Below, in pieces: positions 53,522-64,000 of a stretch of 64,000 bases of DNA (position 1 is the stretch's first letter; each line of letters opens with the position of its first letter). The position numbers were made by a program, and so were the translations under genes. Below the pieces are notes generated by a model, which saw only the letters and a program-made list of their open reading frames with translations, made no database searches and was not told the origin of the DNA. This stretch comes from Eledone cirrhosa (Eukaryota). The DNA lies in assembly GCA_964016885.1 (NCBI GenBank), contig OZ024743.1:350796001-350860000 (forward strand), in the 5' to 3' direction.

Positions 53522-54022
53522 TGTGTGCGCGCGTGTGAATGCCTTGTGACTGTGATAGATGTCCACTGAGTAAGGAGTTTTGTCAAATATGTCGTTTCCA
53601 GTACCATATGATATATGTCACTGAAGCCAGGGAGAGAGAGAGGACGAGGGAGAGAGAGAGAGAGAGAGAATGAGCGAGAGAAGGAGAGAGACAGAGAGAT
53701 GACTAGTGGTCTTTGATAAGATATTGAACCAGATTGATTCCTTGTATTTTATGTGTTCTATTCAACAAAACACCAACTGATTCGAACGTAATGCTATATT
53801 GTGAAGTAACGTAACAATGCGTTCACATAAGCGAGCACACACAGATACATACAGAGGCACACACTGACACTGACACTGACACTCACAAGCACACACAGAC
53901 ACATGTGAAGACAGACATAGATGCAAACATACAGGCACACAGATTTGAGCGCAACTACACATTAATTCTTATGCAATAACACATTAACAGACGTGTACAC
54001 ACAAACACATTAATATATATCT

Positions 54023-54440
54023 TATCATCATCATCATCAGTACCTTGACTTCTGAAGTTGTCGAGCGGATCCTAATGCAGAAGCAGCACACACTCAAAAT
54101 AGCCTATCAACGGCGGCCGTCAACAAATCTGATGACGTCATTTGCGTCCATTCTTTGACATTGTCCAACCACCTCTTGCGTCCGCCGTCAACGATGCCTT
54201 GCATAATTGTTTCTACTATTGGCACAAGGCCAGAAATTACCCAGTACATTACTGGTACTTTATTTTATCGACCCCGTAAGGATGAAAGGCAAAGTTAACC
54301 TCGGCGGGATTTGAACTCAGAATGGCAAGGGCCGTAACTCTATGCGTCAAAGCATAATGACAGGCTGTCATGTCGTGTGATGTGGCCAAACTACGCCAGT
54401 TTCCTCTTCTTGACAGTGGCGAGGAGAGGTTCCTGGTAAC
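54023..54440 (-). mobile_element. RTE-like 3' fragment with (GAT)n tail, interrupted by a type-1 SINE (54205-54354)
   Basis: Minus strand VKRRKLA*FGHITRHDSLS / MQGIVDG..RKRWLDNVKEW. Confidence 0.65.
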
Positions 54441-54454
54441 CTAAAAAAACGCAA

Positions 54455-54489
<35 letters not shown>

Positions 54490-54717
54490 TATTGGTGCTC
54501 TGAAATAGCGATGTATACATGAATGTATGTATAGTATATTTGGCAATATACTGTATGTTTAATTAAAAACATTTAGAAGACCATTCGCAGTGAGTTTTAA
54601 TGTAGTGGCTATGTCACTTACTTATTCTCGGCAAATAACAACAGAGATTATATATATATATATAAAATAATAGTAAAAAAATAAAAAATAAAAATTAAAA
54701 AGAAAATTATATATATA

Positions 54718-55345
54718 TACTTTCCGAATTACCCGCGCCTTGCTGCGTTTCACCCATTTTTTTTTGTAAGAAAATGATGATTGATTTTAAATCAGTGATA
54801 TAATTTATGGAGAAAAACTCTACATTTCAATATTACTCGATGTAAAATTTAATGCATGAAAAATTGGTAAACATTATTCAAATCCCGCCGAGGTTAACTT
54901 TGCCTTTCATCCTTACGGGGTCGATAAATTAAAGTACCAGTAATGTACTGAGTAATTGCTGGCCTTGTGCCAAAAGTAGAAACAATTATTTTTTGTAATA
55001 TATCAAATCAAAATTACATTATTAAATCTTATTCTTATTTTGTTTCTTGTTAATAATTTTTTTCAAAATATCAATTCAAAACTTTTGTGAATAGGCATCA
55101 TATCTTGTCATTTGCCTATGGTTTAAATTTCATATAAATCGAAGAGAAAAAGTTTTCAGTTGGGGTTTTCAGCGGGATTTAAGACCCCAGGGAACCCTTT
55201 GATTAAAATGAAATATATGTAAGAAACCAAATGGGCATAAGCACAGGTGTCAAATTTCATCAAGATCGGTTTGGTAGTTTTTGAGTTTTAGGTTCACAAA
55301 CAAATCCACAAACTCACAAACAGACAGAAATTGCCATTTATGTAT
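54718..55345 (+). mobile_element. Non-autonomous Helitron-like element with a nested type-1 SINE fragment (54877-54988)
   Basis: Starts ttacccgcgccttgctgcg after (TA)n; ends aaatttcatcaagatcggtt...acaaacagacagaaattgccatttat-(TA)n, resembling microsatellite-bearing Helitron derivatives. Confidence 0.5.
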
Positions 55346-55361
55346 ATATATATATATATAT

Positions 55362-56742
<1,381 letters not shown>

Positions 56743-56835
56743 TATATATGTATGTATGTAAAAGGTAAACAGAAATGACAACACTATCGGTACAGTATAT
56801 GGAAAGGGTATATTAGGTTAACGCTTGATATAGAA

Positions 56836-57545
56836 GGAAGAGGGTCTTAACGTTGCGGACGCTAGTCCTTCATCAAAAGAAAGAATGAGAAATAAGATAG
56901 ATTGAGGGACGGGCGGATTAGAATTGAAAAAAATGTCTTTAGATAAAAAATAACTGTGCTGGCGTTTTGTGTATGATTTATTTTTTTAGAAAAGTGGATG
57001 ATGTAGCGCGTCTACCTGAAATGGAAAAAAAAACGATTTATAAAAAGAGCTATACTTGTACACGTGCGTAAGCATGTGTGTGTGTGTGTATGTGTGTGCG
57101 CGTGTGTGTGTGTGTGTGTGTGTTATTATACGTCCGTACGAAGCTAAGAAGAAATGTGCGTGTATATGTGAGTAAAAGAGTGTGTATGCATGTAAGTACG
57201 AAGCTATGAGCAAAAGTATGTTAATATAAGGGTGAGTATGTGTGTATACAGATCAGTGGAGGGAAAAGTGGAGTGACCATATATAGTCGGCCTGTATTAG
57301 TTGTAAGAGATGTTAATGATCAAGAGAAAGCGATAGGAATCTAGGGTTGTGGTAATGGACGGGGTATTAGAGAAATTGGGGAGGTGAGTTGAGTCCAAGA
57401 GGGGAATAGGACCCAAGGCGGTGAATCAGACTTTGTTCAGTCCTGGTGCGCGAGGCCTGTGATCCATGATGTAAAAGGATACCCAGGACTGAAACACGTA
57501 GGGAAGAATGACCAGGAGAACATAAATGACGGGCAACAGGAGTAT
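56836..57545 (-). mobile_element. Penelope-like element 3' end: GIY-YIG C-terminus and decayed hammerhead
   Basis: DTPVARHLCSPGHS...RTRTEQSLIHRLGSYSPLGLN (ORF 57367-57624); downstream TTGATGA AGGAC TAGC GTCC GCAA CGTTAAG at ~56845-56877. Confidence 0.7.
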
Positions 57546-57548
57546 CGA

Positions 57549-57584
<36 letters not shown>

Positions 57585-57900
57585 CACCTTGATCACCTTG
57601 ACCGACCAGTCTGTCGGGCACCAATCGGCGCCGCTTGTCACAGCACGTCGTGCTGTTTTAGCCATAAGATAACGCCATCCCACTGGCTGGGCGGGCAGGC
57701 CATATATATATATAACATCAATCATCTGTTCCATTTAAACCTCAGGTCAGTTCTAGAATCTATATAGCTATAGATATAGATATTAGTTTAATCCTTTACT
57801 GGATTCTTCTCGTTATACATACATACAAACATACATCAGATATTCATACATAATACATACATATATCCATCCATCCACGCATCCATCCATACATACATAC

Positions 57901-58473
57901 ATGATGGCTGCCCCCTCGTTATCGAGTATGGCCATTGCACGATATACCATTATTAATAACTATTAATCAATTTTATCGAGCAATTCTTGTGCGTGAAGAT
58001 TTTTTTAAAGTGAGTTAATGAGTACTTATATATATTTGAAGAAAAGATCAATAAATGATCGGTAAAAACAGCTGCAGATTTTATGTCGGAGTTATCCTAG
58101 TTTCCTGAGTTGCCTTCTCCTAGAAGAATGCCCTGACAAAGGCTAGGGGTCCTTCATTCCCAGTAGTTTAACCACGCGATCGGGTATCCAGCCTGACTAT
58201 TTCTATGTCCCCGTGCACATACATACACATGCACACGTGCATCTACATATACACATATACATACATATGTATATGTGTATATACATATTTACACATTTTT
58301 GGGTGGCCGTTCTTCCGCCCTTTGTCAGGTTTTGTCTTTTGTTCTGCAGGGTGTCCAAAATCACCCTCCTCAGCAAGTTGCCGGTGGGGTTGCCGGTTTA
58401 GTTGTCGACGACCCGACCATGTGACAGGTTGTACTGGGTTACATGTTACCAGTAGCACTCAAGAGTGACCCGA
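57901..58473 (-). mobile_element. Non-autonomous RTE-derived element X in (TACA)n
   Basis: 3' end tggccatactcgataacgaggggcagccatcat-(GTAT)n resembles the RTE tail at 60984; 5' end TCGGGTCACTCTTGAGTG. Confidence 0.65.
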
Positions 58474-58945
58474 CATACATACATACGTGCATGCATGTAA
58501 TCAAGCATACATACATACATTGATAGATAGATAGATACATACATACATCCATGCATGCAAGCATGCATACATACATACATACATATGTACATACGTACAT
58601 GCAAACATACATGTTTAAGTAAATGTGTCATGTATGGGTGAGAAGAAAGAAAGCATCTATGGTAAACTAATGTGGAACTTATAGCTCTTGTATCCTTGCT
58701 ATAGATTTTAATTTTTATCTATTATCATAAGTACACTGGGATTTGGCACTAGATATCTGCATAAAAACTCTAAAATGTTGGAATGTTTAAGAAAAGAACA
58801 AACTCACTTCCATCCTCCAAATTCTTTGAAACTGTAAAATTTGTAGATTCGCCGTGTGACATGCATACATACGTTAAAAGAGGGTAATCACACACACTCA
58901 CGCGCACACACACACACGCACACGCACACACACACACACACACAA

Positions 58946-58989
<44 letters not shown>

Positions 58990-59616
58990 GCGCATACACA
59001 CACGCATACACACGCACGCACACTCACACAGACAAATACATATACACAAACACACACACACGCATACACACAAATACACACACGCATACACACACACGCA
59101 CACTCACACAGACAAATACATACACACAAACACACACACACACACACACACGCATACACACATACACACATGTATAATGTACTACCATAACAGGACAGGT
59201 ACTTCTACACATGGAAATATATATAAGTACTCATTAACTTGCATATTTACCAATACCTGGAAATATCTAAACTAAAGAAAATACTTAAATCCTGGGAACT
59301 TAATTAAATCTCAAAGAAAAGCACCCATTCATTAATGCCTGCATACATGTATACATACATACATACTTGCATGCATACAGACGTACATACATACATACAT
59401 ACATACATACTTGTATGCATACAGACGTACATACATACATACATGCATACATACATACATATATACATACATACATGTATGCAAACGTACATACATATTT
59501 ATATATATATACATGCATAGATGAATACATACATACATGCATACATACATACATACATGCATACATACATGCATACATACATGTATGCATACATACATAC
59601 ATATATATATACATAC

Positions 59617-60213
59617 ATGATGATGACTGCCCCCTCGTTATCGAGTATGGCCATTGCACGATATACCATTATTAATAATTATTAATAATGGTATATCGTG
59701 CAATGGTATATCGTGCAATTAATTAATAATCATAATTATTAATTAATTCTCTCGTGCAATGCCTGTGCGTGAAGACTATTTTTTAAAGTGAGGAAAGACT
59801 GTGCACTGATCCAAACCCACTCTCTGAGCAACAGTAGCTATAACCCGAAAAGAAGAAAAGATCAACATCATCGGTAACTACTGAGCCGAAGGTTTTATAT
59901 CGGAGTTATCTCAGTTTCCTGCGTTGCCTTCTTCTTGAAGAATGCCCTGACAAAGGCTAGGGGTCCTTCACTCCCAGTGGTTTAACCGCGCGGTACATGT
60001 GTATATACATATTTACACACTTTCGGATGGCCATTGACTCTTATGAGTTCTTCCGCCCTTTGTCAGGTTTTATTTTTTGTCCTGCAGGGTGTCCAAAATC
60101 ACCCTCCTCACCAAGTAAACTTCGTGGGGTCGCCGGTTTAGTCGCCGACGACCCGACCATGCGACAGGTTGTACTGGGTTACATCTTACCAGTAACACTC
60201 AAGAGTGACCCGA
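59617..60213 (-). mobile_element. Non-autonomous RTE-derived element X, second copy
   Basis: Collinear with 57901-58473. Confidence 0.65.
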
Positions 60214-60227
60214 CATACATACATGCA

Positions 60228-60910
60228 TACAATGCAATCCGTAGAAAAGATAGCCCCGATAATAAACACATGAAAAGCTACAGCAATGTGGAAGAGTACT
60301 GGTGGAATGTTCCAGTAAAACCCCCAATAAAATGCAGGAATAACAGACAAGATATTATGATGGGACAGGGAAAAGAAGGCATGTACAGTAGTGAAAGTTA
60401 GCTGTCCAGCAGATGCCAATATAATATCAAAGATTAGCGAAAAGGAAAATATTTATGCAGAACTGATGAGAAATCTGCAGATACTCCACCCTGATTACAC
60501 CTTCATATTTGTGCCTGTGATTATTGGGGCACTAGGGTATGTTAGTAACTGCCTCAATACAAATCTTGAGAAGCTGGGCTTCACAGGAACAGAAAGAACA
60601 CAACTAGTTAGGAAATTACAAGTACAATCCATTAATGGAACAGTAAAAATATGTAAAACATTCCAAAAATTTTGCATCTAATAATTGCATACACACATGT
60701 ACAGATACAAAGCATAAGCACATGCACACATACAACTCAAAACATCCACATCCACACATACAATAACATCCATATCTACACATGCATGCATGCCGATATG
60801 CATACATATCTACCTAGTTGATGTGTAAATTCCAATGAGAGAGTCATGTGTCTGTTAGAAACCGATTCTCTCTATTAACAAACATTTGTCAAATTATAAA
60901 ACCAGAAGAA
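60228..60910 (+). mobile_element. 5'-truncated R4-like (RLE) element Z: endonuclease C-terminus + 3' UTR
   Basis: YWWNVPVK...NNRQDIM / VSCPADANI..K.SEKENIY..L...FVPVIIGALG...LQVQSINGTVKICK; ends aaaccagaagaa-(cata)n. Confidence 0.7.
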
Positions 60911-60983
60911 CATACATACATACATGTATACATACATACATGCATCCATCCATCCATACATACATACATACATACATGTATAC

Positions 60984-61150
60984 ATGGTGGCTGCCAACTC
61001 GTTTTCGAGTACGGCCACTACTTTATATCCACGTAGGAGAACCCGTACCGATGCGCTGAACGAGTGTGACTTTTTAGTCCAGACAGCGACTTGAAAACTC
61101 TGGTACAAACACTGCACTTGTGACAATTATTGACACATAGTGCTGGGCCC
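60984..61150 (-). mobile_element. RTE LINE 3' end with C2H2 finger
   Basis: HKCSVCTRVFKSLSGLKSHTRSAH, stop, hairpin CTCG-AAAA-CGAG, (GTAT)n tail. Confidence 0.7.
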
Positions 61151-61632
61151 ATGTATACATACATACTACATACATACATACATACATACATATTTATATA
61201 CATACTTATATACATACTTATTACATTTAAATACATACATACATGCATGCATATGTACCTACATACATACATTCATGTATCCATACGTACGTACATACAT
61301 ACATACATACATACAGACAGACAGACAGACAGACATGAAGACAGACTGACTAATAGGTAAATTCTAGTCGTCAAATAAGCGGGAAGAGTTGATTTTTTTT
61401 TTCTTGTTGATTATCGATAAACGTTGTAACATTCAGAAACAGTGAATGACGTCACAGAGTCTGACTGACATTTTCACCGATAGAATCACTTCTAACCACC
61501 GCTATAGCTTTCATTCACCTCTACTTTCTATAAACCCTCTTGAGTAGCACAAGTAAAAAGTGAATGGCGAACACGATGAATAGTATGTATGCAAGACATC
61601 TTGCAAAACAAATTAAAAAATGAAGTTTATAT

Positions 61633-61814
61633 AATTGTTTCTACTTTAGGCACAAGGCCAGCAATTACCCAGTGCATTACTGGTACTTTATTTTATCGAC
61701 CTCGTAAGGATGAAAGGCAAAGTCAACCTCGGCGGGATTTGAACTCAGATCGTAAAGGGACGTAACTATGCTGGAAAGCATGGCGTCCGACCCTCTACTG
61801 ACACTGCCAATCCA
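61633..61814 (-). mobile_element. Type-1 SINE, near-consensus
   Basis: Reverse complement closely matches 26330-26510. Confidence 0.88.
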
Positions 61815-62260
61815 GTAAAAAGGGAAAAACAGTAGAAAATGCTAATGGGATTTTCTCATAGAAAACGTTTATTTACAAAAAAGGAATTTATCGTACCGGT
61901 TTCAGCTTAGTTGTTGGACTTCTTCAAGCTAAATGTGTGTGTACATATATCCGCGCGCGCGTGCGTGCGTGCGTGCGTGCGTGCGTGAGTAGGCCTGACT
62001 GACTGCATATGTACGCGCGTGTATATGTACGTGTGTACATATATGGGTCCGTATATGTGTGTGTATGTATATACATCTGTGTAAAAAATATATGTGTATA
62101 TATATATATATATATATACATATATGTGTGTGTGATCGTGTATGTGTATATATGTGGGTACCTTATGTGTACGTGGGTGCCTATATCTATGTATGAATAT
62201 AATTATATATGAGAGATGAATATATGTATGTACATGTGTGAACGCAAACATACAGCCTCT

Positions 62261-62399
<139 letters not shown>

Positions 62400-63015
62400 T
62401 GTGTGTGTCCGCACAGATAAGTGTGCGATTAACGGCTAGGAATGTCTTATGTATGTGTGACCACACGTGTGTGGGTGTATGTGTGTGGAGGGACGGGCAA
62501 GCCAGGGAGTGACAGAAGAGGTCATAAAACCTCTCATACACTTAGCAGTAATTTCTGGCGACGGGATTAGGGTGAGTGACAGCTCACGCCTGAATGGAAA
62601 TGGTCAGTGGGCAAATTTGAATGGCCAAACGCTAAGATGACGTCCCGAACTACCAACCAATCGGAGTATAGCGCAAACAGGATGAAGGCAGATGATAGAA
62701 ATTCGAAGGGCAGAGTCCAGCAGAAAGAGGATTTGCTTCGAAATCACTAGACCTATCTGAGGAACTTGCGAATCCAGAGTCAGGTTCGATCGACAAACAG
62801 ACCGCACCTCGAGCTGTTCTCCGGAGAAACATTTGTAATACGTAATAAATTTGTGTTCCGATGCATCACTGATTCTTCGTTTTCCATATTATCATACTCT
62901 GCTCCGAAGGACATAGCGTATTCAACCGGCATACCGCCTATGGGCGCATCCAAGCAACCTTACCACAAATATATATATATATACATACATATATATATAT
63001 ACATACATATATATA

Positions 63016-63047
<32 letters not shown>

Positions 63048-63048
63048 T

Positions 63049-63101
<53 letters not shown>

Positions 63102-63103
63102 AT

Positions 63104-63172
<69 letters not shown>

Positions 63173-63174
63173 AT

Positions 63175-63237
<63 letters not shown>

Positions 63238-64000
63238 TGTGAATTTGTTTATAGATTATCACGTGATGCATCTGAATGACTAACTCTCAGAGATTCATTT
63301 CATGGAAAATACAAATAACTATTTATTAGCAGCTGTTACTAATAAACAGCATCACAGAAGATTCGAAGGACCTGATTGAGATTTTTAAAAAATGTATATC
63401 AGTTTATTTCAGTCAAGAGATGAGATATTTATGCAGATTATCTCTAATACTATCTTACCCAGAGGCCATATGTTATTATAAAATTGTCCAATCAGCGTAT
63501 TAATATGCAGCCGCATTAGACGGAGTTTTCGAATATATGTTTCGAAGAATACCATTTGAACAAACTACTTTATTTAACGTTATACCTTTAGTATCTGCAA
63601 AGCGTCATCTCTCTTTTGTTTGTTTGTTTTATCTCTCAACACTCACGGACTTCATGCTTGTTTCTATTATGGGCATAGTTTTGATCTAACCATCTGTATA
63701 TCTAGGGAGTATATATGAATAATCTATATCGAGTCAACTTAAACATGCCGTTATTCGTTAAGTTAAACATGGCATTTTTATCTGGACAACAGTGCAAATA
63801 TTTTTCTCTAAATCTACTGATTGTATATTGTCCAGTCAAAATGTACACACTTTATCTTTTAGAAATATACATGTCATCTAATGTCATCTATACTCAGATA
63901 CATTGTAGCTGTTTTGTAAACATTTAAATCTTGTGTGTTCATCAAAAGTGTCTATCCCTCTGCAAACTACATGCTGTATGTGTGTATATGCAGTAAATAT

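Noticed and set aside
62520-62965. Higher-complexity segment that might be a host exon
   Set aside because: No long clean frame or recognisable motif on either strand; cannot be assigned without a homology search.

Overview
AT-rich, microsatellite-dense eukaryotic DNA. The SINE types suggest a mollusc, probably a cephalopod/octopus (inference only). I cannot support any host protein-coding gene; the window is almost entirely transposable elements and simple repeats, with a 200-N gap at 50004-50203. Main signal: a Tx1-like (L1-group) non-LTR retrotransposon family with ORF1 (putative RRM region + CCHC knuckle) and ORF2 (APE endonuclease + RT + CCHC). Its three long copies (B 12444-15940 -, A 15975-21789 -, C 29972-35752 +) and one 3' fragment abut (TATC)n/(GATA)n tracts in the same orientation. 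The long copies end AATAAAGAAA-(TATC)n (AATGAAGAAA in B) with no poly(A), and the family carries covarying stem-loops in both UTRs. A and B are head-to-tail and complementary (B: intact ORF1, RT deleted; A: intact ORF2, frameshifted ORF1). Also present: many Penelope-like inverted/direct repeat modules bounded by (TA)n/(GA)n with minimal type-I hammerhead motifs, including a recurring U3-A8 core variant; RTE-derived and R4-like elements clustered in (TACA)n; CRE-like, hAT and Helitron-like relics; two tRNA-derived SINE types. All calls come from manual reading; coordinates are approximate to a few bases unless taken from the ORF track.
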